Assembly (NCBI GenBank): GCA_030704615.1
Contig: CM060733.1
Coordinates: forward strand, 72,788,001 to 72,852,000
DNA: 64,000 bases
DNA from: Takakia lepidozioides
Lineage: Eukaryota > Plantae > Bryophyta
Reading direction: 5' to 3'
The position numbers were made by a program, and so were the translations under genes. Numbering within the stretch: position 1 is the stretch's first letter; each line of letters starts with the position of its first letter. This document shows positions 23,677 through 36,660 of the stretch, in pieces. Under the pieces are notes generated by a model. The model ran no database searches, was not told where the DNA came from, and saw nothing but the letters and a program-made list of their open reading frames with translations.

Positions 23677-25367
23677 GATAGATATTAAGATGTTTGATGC
23701 ACATGATCATTACCCAGCAGGAGTTGTTACCTCCTGAAAGGGGTGAGCTTGACTGCCATACTGTCTGGTGGATTGAATGAGCCAAGGCCAATTATCAACC
23801 TCACCACATTTAGCTCTGGGTCTTCAATCTGAAGAATTGACATCAGATCTAACTTGGTGCTTCCAATTAGGTGGCTATCTTGATACACATAAGGAGATTT
23901 CAATTAGGTGGCTAGTTTATGCTAGATTTCCTGAAGAAGTGTGTTTGGCAGCAGACGATCGGGATCGCAGGAAGGGGAATTCTGCAAGTGGAGGGTACTT
24001 AGAAGGTGACTTTCAATCTGCTATGGTGCAATTTTTGTGGATTTTTGCTACGTACTTACACACAGATAATCTTGGGGCTTGTGTCTGGATGGTGGGTTGA
24101 GGGGGGTAACAAACACTTACATGGGAGGGAGGTGTATGATGGTTCTTGTTTTTCTATGATGTAATGAAAGGGGTATATGGCTTTCTCTGTGCAGGATCAA
24201 AACGGGATACGGACGACAGGCTGGCCATAAAAAACTTAGATGCTGATGACTCTGATGTGGAGGCCAAAAGCGATTCTGATGAAAGGTACTTCCTTCTCAG
24301 CTATTTTTGCTGTCCATGTGCTTGCTATTGGAGGATTGTTTGCTTCAGTAACGCTCCTGACTGTGTTGTAGGGCTATCTAGGCAGCAAATTCTCAAGCAA
24401 CTCGCCATGATCTCTGCATCTTGTTTATTTTCTGACACACTTGTGAAGGACTAAACTTCAATCTCTTGAGATCCTTGAGCATAAATGGGTTTTGTTGGAG
24501 TTGGTACAATCTTCAAAAGCTGGAGGCAGAATGTGACCGGGGTGTTAGGGTGAGGGCAGTGATGATGATGAGGATGATGCTGCTGAATTGTTCGCTGAGC
24601 TGGAGCGTATCAAGAAGGAAAGAGCTGAAGAGAAGCAGCGCAAGGTTGTTGGATGACCTTAAAACTCATGGTGATCCTTAAGTTGGATCTACTACACATG
24701 TTGTGTCCATTGTTGGCCTGCATGTGTAGTGGTCATGTTTCTGCAATTAGACATCTTTGTTACTCAGTTCAGGTGGTTGGATTGAGGTGTGTGTGTCTGA
24801 CTTTCTGGAATGGAGAGCAGGAACGGCAGCAGCAAGAGGAAGACATGAAAGTGAAGGAAGCCGAGCTTGTGCGGGGCAACCCTCTTCTCAATCCAACTTC
24901 ATTTGTTGTCAAGCGTAGGTCAGTGTTACTGTTCTCAAGTTCTGGAAGCCCCGTGGTAGTGGAAGTCACATGGAGTTGCATTACTTGGTCAATTATTTTT
25001 TTGTTCTCCAATCCAAACCAACTGTTTATCTGTACAATGACCAGGGTTGATGTAGAAGGATTGATCGTCTCAGCAGCATCTGTGGGGTTCTTTTTGCGAC
25101 AGAGGTTTTTGAGCAGTCAGTTATTTCCATATATCTATATCTCTGCCTTATCGTGGAAACGAGCTTAATACTATCCTTTTCATAGATAACACATGGGTGC
25201 TATATTGCGAGTTTATGTAACACGCTGTTCCCTTCTTATGTAGGTGGGATGATGATGTTGTCTTCAAGAACCAAGCACGTGGAGAGCCTAAAACAGTCAA
25301 GCGGTTCATCAACGACACCATTCGAAATGACTTCCACCGCAAATTTTTGAATAAATATATGAAATAG
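22802..25367 (+). CDS. CWC15: pre-mRNA splicing factor CWC15; exons 22802-22932, 23345-23451, 23952-24005, 24195-24285, 24560-24644, 24821-24918, 25244-25367
   Basis: N-terminus [15 protein letters not shown]...[14 protein letters not shown] and C-terminus [16 protein letters not shown]...[21 protein letters not shown]. All introns are GT-AG and phase-consistent. Confidence 0.96.
23648..23684. repeat. (TA)n microsatellite in CWC15 intron 2
   Basis: Direct reading. Confidence 0.95.
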
Positions 25368-28300
25368 CTTGCCTTACCACTTAACTTTCTTCACCACTTC
25401 GAAGTTTTTGGTTGAGGTTTGAGCAAATTATTTGTGTAGATACAGATTTACGATGAAGTAGAATGATTTAGCTTCTGTGTATTCTTAGGTGAGATCACGA
25501 TAGACTCTCCCAATGCTTATTGTAACTTTGCATGGATTCAACAGTGTTTGAGTGGTAGGCATGTCAGAGTCGAAGGATGATGGGTAGCTGCCAAGAGGAT
25601 CGTGCCTGGCAGAACATAGATGGCCCCTGTCCATGTTACAAAGTTTCTGTCTTGCTTGCTCTCCTGTAGATGTCTTTTCTTGCTCTTTTAACAGAAAACT
25701 TCCCTGAACCTGTTTCTAGTCTGTGACATGGGGGAGGATATCATGGATGACCTCAAGGGTCTACCCACTCGACTGAAATTTAAACTCGGGGCAGGAAGCC
25801 TACCTTTGAACAGTAAACAGAAGCAGAGAGGAAAGGGAGAGTGCAATTGCGTGTGGGCAACCCGAAGACTATGTTCATTTTCTGATTTTCTGTCCGGGGT
25901 ACTCTCACCAGAGAGAAGCTCTCCTCCAATCTATCAAGAGAATTGTGCCTGTACCTCTGTTTACCAACTTTGAAAGTCTCGAGGCTGAGCCAAAAGCCCA
26001 GGCCCTTCTGAGGCCTAGTTTTTGGGCAAATCACACACAGCAGATTGATGCTTGTGTGAAGGGATTTCTAGAGGATATCTGGAAAACCCGAATTAATTCT
26101 ATTTATAAAGGTAAGTCTTACTACCAATGTCTGCCCCTGACGGAGGTAGGTTCTGTTCCTTCGGTTTCCGCTCAAACGTCTTATGAGTACATTCTCTCTT
26201 TTCACATACATGATTTTAGTCGGTCTAGGCATGTGCTAACAGCATGAGAACAGGCAAGCATGCCAGAACAACTAAAAGACAAACATGTGAACACGAAGTT
26301 TGCTCAGCATAGCTACATGGAAGCTGGGCCTGTTACGTAGAATGAAGAAGTGTGACGTCCGTGACCTAGGAAAAGCTGTGCACAAGGATGCATAAAATAG
26401 AGTTTGGTCTGACATTCTGAGTATGCAGTCTTCTTTTGTTGTGTGATTGTTGGTAGTGTATTCTACAGAAAGAGCAAAATCAGGGAAAGCGCAGGAAGAA
26501 GTTACAGATGTTTTCAACAATGGTGTTCAGTCCATAAGGTTGCCTGTACGGCTGCACTACAAGGGATAACAACGTGTTGATACACCAGCTCATTATTAGT
26601 ATGATTGTAGGAGCCAACAAGGTATATGTGACAAGCTACAGTTATGATTGCAGTGTTCCTGTGTAGAAAGTGGAAGGGCATGCCTTATGTGAATTATTTT
26701 TCTATCTTCCTCAAATATATATTTGGTAGCAATGTATAAATGTCTGTGGACCATAGCTCTCCAGCATGTTGTCATAGTCTGTTATAAAACAGGTTGTCTG
26801 GGGACCCCTCACGGAGCTCCTATCCTGCACATCTGGGCCAAGGATGAAATAGAGGTGGTGAAATATGTTGTCTTGGATTCTCTCCCCAAAACTTCTGAGT
26901 ATTGAAATACCCTGCTAACATTAGCCTAACTCACTAGCAGCTGAACCTGGAATGTCAGTCTCTCCCTCTTGCATTTGAGATCTTTTCCCAGTTTTAGGAC
27001 CTTCTGTTGCTCTAGCTTCACACAAATCTTAAGTATCTCCTATATTATTAAAGCAACAAGCTACTTGTTCATCATGGCTCGTATGTGCGCAATAGGTAGT
27101 CTAGCTTGACATAATCCAGTAGACCTTCAGTGGCATCTTTGTCTACCAAATGCTAATTGAAAAAAATGCTCTTATGGGTTATAAATTCTCCAGCCTCTTT
27201 CTCTCCAATTTGACCCCTGGACTAGTATTTTCCATGTATAACTAATTGCTTTATTCTGTGGAGAAAGCAGCTGCTTGTCCAGTTAAGACAACCATATCTT
27301 CTTCTTTATAAAAGATGCTGATGAGCCCAATATTGTACCCTTCCACATAAGTTTTAAGTTGGATTACCATCATGCATCTCTGTAAATTCTTTTCAAACAT
27401 ACAATCTCCACTTTGCCTGTTCGGCTGAAAAAGATGCAGTACTCGTTCAGCCTCCAGGGCTTCTCAGCTGGAAGAGTCAGGAGAATTTTATATCTAGTAC
27501 ATTATTTCTACTACCTTGTAACGTTGATAATTTGTGAAAACTCAGCAATAAGGTCTCCAAAACTGTTGAAAAGGATTATCTCCAGGAGTCCAAATCCTTT
27601 CTCATTGCAGAGAGTTGAAGGAAAGGATCAGGATTACCACCACCACAATGATGACAGGGATGAAGCTGACGATATATAGCAAGCTGAAGCCTTGCATTTC
27701 ACGACATCAATGACACTCTGAGTAAGGCTCAAAAGTCTCTGTGGACTGATGTGAACACTAGATCTCTGATTCCAGGTTAATCCAACAGCATCATGTATTG
27801 AGCTGTAATGTTGCTGCTCTTGTTTAGGACCGCACACCAACCATGTAGTTTCAACTTTATGTCAGTCAGCCCACCCTGAATCCCAGCCTAAAGTTGCTTC
27901 GTCTTCTTGTCAGCTGAGGAAAATCTGGTTCCATGAAATTTAGGACTTGACTGAGGGGCTGGCATTGACATTTTAGTATGAAGCTTAATATATATTCTGT
28001 GTGGAGAGTGAGTTGAAGAAAGAGAGAATATTACCACTGCAGGGGGTACCATGTCACTGAGGTCTTTACCACCCTGTCCACTTCCAATCTCAGCTGTTGT
28101 GTCCCAGTCTTTTTATCTCGCTGAGCAGCCAACTTGGGGTCCACACCTGTAGGGGTCACCTTTGCATAGGGCCTAGCTGCAGGATCTAATGTACTAAGCT
28201 CTTCTTGCGAATTCCTAGCCCCTACTGTTGTTAGAACCACCACACTGCCCAAGGAACTTGACAAAGTGAAACCAAACAGTAGTACCAAAAAGGAAAAGAG

Positions 28301-28852
28301 AAAAAAGAAATAGAGAAACTTTATAACATGAAGAGGAAGAGAATGTACTCATAAGACGTTGTTTGCCGTAGCCTTGTGGCCATTGACCCCGCGCCCAGTT
28401 TGAGCGGAACACAAAGGGACAGAACCAACCTCTGTCAGGGGCCCCACAATCTCTCTAAAATACCTTGCAGAGAGTGGTTGTCTAGGGTCCAAAGCTTTCA
28501 CCCGAGCGTGAAGTGCAACATCCAACCGGGGACGTAATGCAACATGGCCAGAAGAGTGGGGGACTTCTAAACTGGCAGATGACAAAGGAATCTGAAAGGG
28601 TATGATCTCTCTGCCCAGGACCTCCCCAACTAGTTCACACCCAGAAGCTGCAGTAGAACCTGAAGACGATGCCGTAGGATCTTGAGACATATTGAGGTTG
28701 AACCTAGAGACCTCTCTTGTTTCTTGTCAAACAGTACTGGATGTGCTAGTATGTGGTGTTATCTCTCAACACTATGGCCCTGAAGTCACTGTATAACACT
28801 TAAATATGAAGAAAAACGGGAGGAAAGTGAGGAGAAACGAGAACATGATCTA

Positions 28853-29014
28853 GATGATGTGTATACGGCAGCTGCATATGACGATGTTGACAAATTGCAA
28901 GGATCGTCGAGCAAGGAGGGTGCTTCATGTCAGCTCCAGAGGTTCGGCGGGTACCTTGTGCTTCAATGGTGTGCCCTCAATAATCGCACTACGGCTGCTC
29001 AGTATCTTGTTAAG
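28853..29014 (+). pseudogene. orphan ankyrin exon of a TIP1/PAT24-type protein S-acyltransferase
   Basis: DVYTAAAYDDVDKL...EG...GYLVLQWCALNNRTTAAQYLVK followed by a GT donor matches the TIP1 N-terminal ankyrin repeats. No further exons were seen. Confidence 0.8.
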
Positions 29015-29339
29015 GTCTTCCCACCCCTGCCGTTTCCCCTTTGCAGCTCTTTGGATTCACCCTCTCTCTCTCTCGCCCACCAGGTAGTCAGTGGTGTCAC
29101 CCAGCCGATGGCCGTAAGGCTAAAGGCTACAACAAGGAAAGGAATCAGTACATTCACGAGGTATGGCAACTACGAGAAATCCTTCTGAACAAATTTTGAG
29201 TGTGCTGCCTGACCCCAGCCTAAATTCAGACTCTGGAAGATGAACCAAGAGGGAAAAAATCCTTTTCTTCCTGTCTGGGACGTTTAGGAACCTATCTTGT
29301 AGTAGTAGATCCTCGAGCAGATCCTCGAAAAAGTTGGCA

Positions 29340-30225
29340 TGTGAGCCCCTCCTCGACTTAGAGCCTTTCCAAGCGAAGAAAGGGTCATTGGGGGACTCTT
29401 CGAAACGTTAGGTATCGGGGAGAAAGAGTCCCCCAAGGACTCTTCGAACCATTAGGTAACGGGGAGAAAGAGTCCCCCCAAGGACTCTTCGAACCGTTAG
29501 TTAACGGGGAAAAAGAGTCCCCCAAGGACTCTTCGAACCGTTAGTTAACGGGGAAAAAGAGTCCCCCAATGACTCTTTGAACCGTTAGCTAACGAGGAGT
29601 CGGGCAGAAAGAGTCCTTGGGGGACTCTTTGAACCGTTAGGTATGGCACATAAACAGTCCCCCAAGGACTCTTCGCGCCGCGCGAACCGCATGAGGTACA
29701 CATAATCACATTTGTCTCTCTGCCCTTACGCGAGAAATTGGGGGAATAGCAAATCTCCCTCCATTTAGCCAATTCCCCCTGGGAATAGCCATTTCCCTTG
29801 TAGAGTAAGGACAGGAATAGCCATTTCCCCCTCTGAATAGCCACTAGGTAATACCGTTAGGTAACGGGGAGAAAGAGTCCCCCAAGGACTCTTTGAACCG
29901 TTAGCTAATGAGGAGTCGGGCAAAAAGAGTCCCCCAAGGACTCTTTGAACCGTTAGCTAACGAGGAGTCGGGCAGAAAGAGTCCTTGGGGGACTTTTTGA
30001 ACCGTTAGGTATGGCACATAAACAGTCCCCCAAGGACTCTTCGCGCCGCGCGAACCGCATGAGGTACACATATTCACATTTGTCTCTTTGCCCGTACGCG
30101 AGAAATTGGGGGAATAGCAAATCTCCCTCCATTTAGCCAATTCCCCCTGGGAATAGCCATTTCCCCCTCCATTTCCCTTGTAGAGTAAGGACGGGAATAG
30201 CCATTCTCCCCTCGGAATAGCCACT
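29340..30225. repeat. non-autonomous element with AGAGTCC..GGACTCT hairpin repeats and GGAATAGCC subterminal repeats, internally duplicated
   Basis: Units of about 42 bp (aagagtccccaaggactcttcgaaccgttag). The block 29555-29844 is repeated at about 29915-30225, both ending GAATAGCCACT. Confidence 0.8.
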
Positions 30226-31047
30226 CTTCCCTGTAGCATCGAAATGTTGTTGACTTGCCACTTTGGTGCCTTGGGTGCTTCATCGACGTGCTGAGGGCAA
30301 AGCTTACCTGGGATACTGACATTACTCTGCTTCGACACTGCGTTGACACTGCGCATCACTTGTTCGCTCGCCTTCGTTTCCTTGTAAGTGTTCAACTCAA
30401 CATTATGTGTCATTTTAGTTGTGTCATTTTAGGCTTGCCATAAGTAGACAATATCTTCAACGACGTCGTCAGGGCCCACCTGCTTCATCGACGTTGTCAA
30501 GACTCCAAACTCGAATTTAGCTCCAAGATTTCATTTTACTGTATGTTGGTTGTATGTTAAATTTCAGAGTGTATTGGTTAGTCACATTAATTCACAGAGT
30601 GTAGTCTTTGGCTGGCAGGTTGGCGAGTGCCTACCCTTCTTGAAATTGTACTATAGTGGTACAATATCTCTCTCTCTTCACTTGAGTGTTTTCTTTTGTT
30701 CTTATTATACTCTGGTTTCAACTACATAGAGTAATTTATCTTTGCTTCCTTTCCCTCTCTGGAACCTTCTTTTGGTCTCATAGGCCGTAAGAGACAAATC
30801 ACTCTGTGAGGGGTTCACTCCGGCAGTTACCTTGCTAGTTGTATCTCCATTTGCTCTCTGCATCTGTTTATTGTTCAAAGGTAGGCTCTCCCGACAAATT
30901 TCAGTCTAGTTGGCTAAGAAATTGGTGAATAGTTGTTTTGGGGTTTAGCATCCTCATGCAAAAGTTGAACTGGCATTGTCGTGAAGGTTCGAAGGCTACA
31001 ACAACATCCCTGCATTGAGGTGTCCCTGAGTGAGGAGGCGACAAGAG

Positions 31048-33470
31048 CGATGGCCGACGACAATAATATCAACAACAACAGGTTAGGATTTTTTTGTTCG
31101 GTTTCATATGTTGGTCCTACAACATGCCCCAAAGGATACAACCCCTTGGGACAATAATCAGCAATGGTGGTTGCAGGGGTTGATGTGGTGTCGTGTAGCG
31201 GATATGCCCAGCAGGGGTGCGAGATTCTGGTTTTGGAGACCTTCTTGGCCATGCAGGGTGATTGGATGAGGCAGAGGACGTCATGAACAGAATGCCAATT
31301 GAACCAAAATTTGTGATGTTGGGGGCTTGCTGGGTATGTGCCTGACACCGCTTTGTATTGCACAATGTGGAGGAATTGTCTCTGTGCCACCATGGGGAGA
31401 GGCTGGCCATTGCTTTTGGGCTTATCATCATTAACAATATGAAACCAAATGTTGTGGTGTGGTTGTTTTGCTTCTTTTGGTGCCTCCAGACTGAAAGATG
31501 CCTGAACGTGTATCAGCATCCCTTCTCACGAGGGACTGTCTCAGAGTCAATGCCTCAAGCAGATATGCTGCTAAGCATTTTTGATCATTGCAATGGGAGT
31601 CCTCTGTGAAGAAAAGGAAGAATTACATCTGTGGGGGACCCAAAGAACGTTGGTTTTGCCAAAAATCAAGGTTACCTGGTTATTTGTTGGTGCATGTTAT
31701 GAACCAATGAGATCATTGCTTTTTCTTTTTACAATGCTACTTGTAAAGGTTCCTCATCTGAACGGTGATGTTGCTGCCCATGGGCCACATTTGGGGAGAA
31801 CTTGGAGAGAGCTGGATTTGGCACAAGCTGGGGGGAAGTACGTTTTTTCCCCCAACCCCGACCATCAAATGTGTGGTCTTACGAGATACGTGATGTAGAC
31901 AGGAGAGGGTTGTATATGAAGAGTGAGTCAGTTCAGTATTTCTCAGGGTTCATGCGTGTAGATTTGTGATGGTCACTCAACACAACCCACCTTGTAGTGA
32001 CGTCAGCATTGACAATGTATTTACCCCCCACAGCCTTCCACCAGTTCCTAAAGTCCCTACTGGCTTTTGCCATTCCATCCACATTCATCTTTGCAAGGTG
32101 GATTCATTCGATTTCACAATTCAAATCTGCAATTTATCTTATATGTATGATAGTGGAATGCTGAGAATGTTTGCTTCAGACATTGCTGGATTTGGAGCAG
32201 TTGTTTATGGTTGCCCTCAAGACCAGAGAGACCATAATTTGATTGTAAAGCATAGAGGGGCTTAAAAAACAATTGGAAGATGGTTGTACCCCCTTTTGAA
32301 CGTCTTATGATTTATTGAATGACACCCTTGTATGCCCACATTTTACTTCATTAAGGTGTGCCAGATGCATTTGATGGTCTTGATAGCCTTCATCCAACTG
32401 AGATAAGATTTGGTTTGTGTGTAGGGTGGAGTGTATCTGTTGCTTTTGTATTGGAGCTCTGTCTTTTTACATTGCGTTTTCTTGCACAGGTACCCCATGG
32501 TTCATTTATGGAACTCTCAGTCTGATGCTTTTCATGGCAATATGTGCTGGCCATTACCGTGCACGCATGCGAAGAAGATTCAACATCATTGTAAGTTTTA
32601 GCTGATTCTCCTCTCCTTGGACACTTCACTTTTCTGACCCCTTATGTTGTATCACAACAATGATTCCGCGCCCTTGTTGGCCTCTAGTGGAAATGTGGAT
32701 TTTGAGAGGCTCATCGTAATGTGTTATTCTCACTTTTGCATATTCCATTCCTTGCTGAATGTGTCAATGGGCTGTTCATTTCTTGTTTTCCCACCAATAC
32801 GATATATAGTTTTGGTCTTAGGCAAAACCTGAGCTAAAGCTTGAAGTACAACACGGGTGCTGGGTGTACCTCTTTGGGACATGCAGGGCAGTAAAGGTGC
32901 TGATGTCGTGAGCACAATAGATGACCATTTGTATCACCTCATGTGTGGCTTCTGCTCCCCATGTCAGGTTCACTGCTCTAGTGCCTTTCTCTTTCTATCT
33001 CTAATTTGCAAACTTGAAAATGGGTGGCCATATGTTTTGGTCTCGTCTATCCAATTACATGAAACAATTGACTTGCAGCTCTGTGAATATAATAAAGTTC
33101 TGGCTGTTGCCAACTCGGCCATTTTGGTGGCCGAGAGTGTGTGTATTGAACATCTCTTAAAGTACTTACAAATATCTAAACGAACATATACAGCCAATGG
33201 TGGGTATGGGAGAGTATACTGTTATGGAATTCAAACCATTATGGATTTCATGACAGACTTCTTGTTTCTTTAACAAATTTATAGCGTTATTCAACTAATG
33301 TGTTGAATTCTAGGAAGCAAGGACATTGAAATCCAGCAACGTGCACAATGGAGTATGGCATGGGCACAGTGATATCCTTGTCATTGGCAGCCAAGTGGTC
33401 TTTTCTGCTCCTGATATGCGAGAGCTGAATTCTGCAAGCAAGAGGAGGCTACCATCCTGGAGAATGCGAC
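31048..33470 (+). pseudogene. PLAC8-domain (PCR/CNR-like) gene, probably disrupted
   Basis: Spliced pieces read CCPWATFGENLERAGFG (about 31772), AGHYRARMRRRFNII (about 32545-32590), DDHLYHLMCGFCSPCQ (32887-32967) and EARTLKSSNVHNGVWHGHSDILVIG (33314 on). The 5' exons are frameshifted and uncertain. Confidence 0.75.
31325..31440 (+). pseudogene. DYW-domain fragment
   Basis: GYVPDT-(frameshift)-VLHNVEE..LCHHGERLAIAFGLI. Confidence 0.85.
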
Positions 33471-33627
33471 CAGTTCTGTTTAAGAAACCAATGGCTGCAA
33501 TCATCAGATTTAAGAGCAGTATCCCTGGAGCCCAGTATGCAGTTTTGAAACAAGTGGTACAGTATCCACATGTATCCACCTGTACCCCAGTATCCAGTTT
33601 TGAAACAACTGGTACAGTATACACCTA

Positions 33628-33730
33628 TAACTACTTAGTCCTCCGAGGACCGCCACTTGTAACTACTTAGTCCTTGGAGGACTGCCACTTGTAACTACAT
33701 AGTCCTTGGAGGACTGCCACCTGTGACTAT
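33628..33730. repeat. tandem repeat of about 32 bp, 3 copies
   Basis: taactacttagtcctt/cggaggactgccacttg units. Confidence 0.85.
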
Positions 33731-34254
33731 GACTAATCGACAATAATGTATTTCAACATCTCAGGCTCTTAAGATATTTTTGGACATGCATCCATGCTTA
33801 TGGGTTTCTCAGTATAACTGGCTTGTTCTTGAAAGGTAGCTAAGTACATCAACCAGCCCCACCCATTGTGTTTCTGTTTGTCTAATTGCTGACCCTGCAT
33901 CTTGAAAGGTGAAGAGAAGAAGTAATGTATAGATCCCGACGGGGAACAACCAATCGAAATTAAAGAACAAGAAAACCTACCAATCCACAAACACTCGAAT
34001 CGGAATATAGAGGAAAAGGAACAAACTTAACAATGTCAACTCAAAGCAGAAGAGCTTAGGGTAGAACCTGTGTACCTAACAAACAAACAACGAGCGAACA
34101 AAAAACCAAAGATTCACTGCCAAAGCCGTGCGGAAAACTTGCAAAGGCCTCACACAATGAGGGAGGGAAGGAGAGCACGTAAAGCAACACATGTATTCAG
34201 GCACTTGGATACACATGTTGGTTGACAGCATTTGAACGAGCATTGGCGCTTTGC

Positions 34255-34457
34255 CCTTAGGAGTAGCCATTTCCTAAGGGAATAGCCATTTCTCCTTGGG
34301 GAATAGCCTAACCCCTCCATTTCCCTTCTAGAGTTAGGCCATTTCCCCCTCGGAATAGCCATTTCCTAAGGGAATAGCCATTTCTCCTTGGGGAATAGCC
34401 TATTCCCCCTCCATTTCCCTTGTAGAGTTAGGCCATTCCCCCCATAGGAATAGCCAC
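34255..34457. repeat. GGAATAGCC-repeat terminus of the same family as 29340-30225
   Basis: Repeated ggaatagccattt and the same end, GGAATAGCCACT. Confidence 0.75.
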
Positions 34458-34475
34458 TTTTCAGCTGATACTGCT

Positions 34476-35182
34476 TGTCGTGCGCATACATATCGCTACA
34501 CAACTACATCGCTGTCCAAAACCACACAACACATGTGCACACCACACACTAGTATACCACTAGTCCACCACTAGTCCAGCCACTAGTCCAATCACTAGGC
34601 TACAACTAGTCAGTCACTAGGCTGCCACTATGATGCCCACTATGGCAGTCACTAGTCCACACAATAGATAAAGAAGAAGAATACAAGTACAAGCTCATGC
34701 GAGCTCACAAAGCTGAAGCATAAACTCATGCATATATAAACTCATCACTCAAATACAAGTCAAGCCAAGTGCACCCCACGCCATGGGGAATCCACACTAT
34801 GGCGCCATAGCTAGGCGCGGTGAGGCTCAACTCGAGAAAGATGAGCCTCTCGCGCTTGCCATGAAGATAACCACTCCAGGGCCTAAATCTGCCTTGACCC
34901 CTGGATTGATACTTGGGCCAATCCCAAATGTCAATATGTAAAAGCTAGCTATTTCCTAGCTAGTTTCACACTAGTGGCAAAATAACTTGACAGCTGTCAT
35001 GCGCATATATATCGCTACACAACTACATCGCTGTCCAAAACCACACAACACATGTGCACACCACACACTAGTATACCACTAGTCCACCACTAGTCCAGCC
35101 ACTAGTCCAACCACTAGGCTACAACTAGTCAGTCACTAGGCTGCCACTATGCTGCCCACTATGGCAGTACTAGTCCACACAA
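34476..35182 (-). repeat. 3' LTR (about 707 bp) with an internal direct repeat of about 187 bp
   Basis: PPT AGGGGGGCGAT directly precedes TG at about 35182. 34476-34662 is nearly identical to 34995-35181. Confidence 0.7.
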
Positions 35183-35411
35183 TCGCCCCCCTAGCTGGTG
35201 CTTAGGTCCCTCTAAGTCCAGGTAGCCACAAGATGTGATAGTGACCATAACCTCACTAAGTCCTCCACCACTATCCCTACTACACTCAAACTCGATAGAT
35301 CAAGAGGCCGGGTGCAAGAGTTGCCCCATCGTTAGTCGCCGTCTTGCAACCTGTGAACCTGAGCTTGGCCTCCCATGTCTTGTTAGCTGCCTCCAGTCAT
35401 GTCCACTGCCA

Positions 35412-36660
35412 CTATCCCAAGCAGTGTTGACACAACCAATCTCCGTCAGGAACCTTCTCAAGAGGTGGTGTCAAGCATCCCATATGCCAACCCCTTGAGC
35501 ATCGATCACACCCCAGCATGGTGGCTGCCCCTTTGGCAGACCCACAGAGCATGCACCTCAAACCTGCAGGTACCACTGCCAAGTTTGGGTCAACTTTGCC
35601 ATCAACATTGGGAAGGTGACATAGCACATAATTACGCACATAGTCCTTCCAAGTCATGCCATCCCGACCCTCCAAGATCAGGACCCCTGAGGGCAACACC
35701 TCTCGAACCCTCAGAATAACACGCCCTGCAGTAACATCCAGAGTCATAGGAGCAGTCTGCTGCAAATAAACATAGTCACCAGGGCTAAACCTCCGAACCC
35801 CAGGACGATATCCTCCACCACGTATAGTGGCATACCTCAACGTATCACGGTGTTGCGCAATGGCAAGGTTCTCAAAAGCCATGGGCATGACTTTCTTGAA
35901 CAACTCTGCACGCTGATCACATGCACGTACCCACATGTCCGGATCGTCAAGGTTAAGGACTTGAGCAGTGTCCCTACGAATGGCTGCAGGCAAATCCGGC
36001 TCTCGGCCAAAGAGAAGGAAATATGGTGAGAAGGAGGCAAGTGATGCTTGTTTGCTGAACCTGTAGCCCATGGCTAACCAAAGAACCTGAAGATCCCAAT
36101 CTCCTAGGTGTCCCTTCAGCAAGCCATACTTGCGCAAACCCCTCTTCACCGTCTGAACAACTCTCTCTGCCAAGCCATCGGCCTCAGGATGATCCCGAGA
36201 AGTGGTGCGGTGGTCTATCAAGGCTTTATCACACAAAGCCTGAAACTCCCCCAAGAACTCTCTCCCTTGGTCCGTGAGTACCTCAGCTGGAGCACCAAAT
36301 CGGCTAAGCACACGATCCAAGAATGCATACGCAGCCCCCTCACTAGCCTTGTCAGGCAATGGAACCAACTCAATCCACTTGGAGAAGTGCTCCACCATCA
36401 CCAACACATATATGTGGTGGCGCATAGTCAGTGGCAACGGTCCTGCGAAGTCAAGACTCCACCTGTAGCCCAATCCCATGATTGGTAAATGATGCAACTG
36501 TGATGTAGGGGTGTTGAATGAAGCACGCACCCTGTCACACACCATGCACCTAGCCACGAACTGTTGTACCTTTGTATGCATACCACGCCACTAATACTGC
36601 CCCTGCAGTAAACTGTGAGTGCGTCGCACTCCAAAATGCCCCCAACTCCTCATGGGCATG
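35412..36660 (-). CDS. integrase with C-terminal PHD finger
   Basis: WSLDFAGP, TDQGREF, GLAERVVQTVK (DDE). C-terminal CMLC...GCDRCSRGWHMGC...WLCQHC is a C4-H-C3 PHD. Frameshift near 36640. Confidence 0.9.

Noticed and set aside
33471-33611. Complete hAT MITE interrupting the PLAC8 remnant
   Set aside because: CAGTT...AACTG ends are only loosely inverted and no 8-bp TSD was found.
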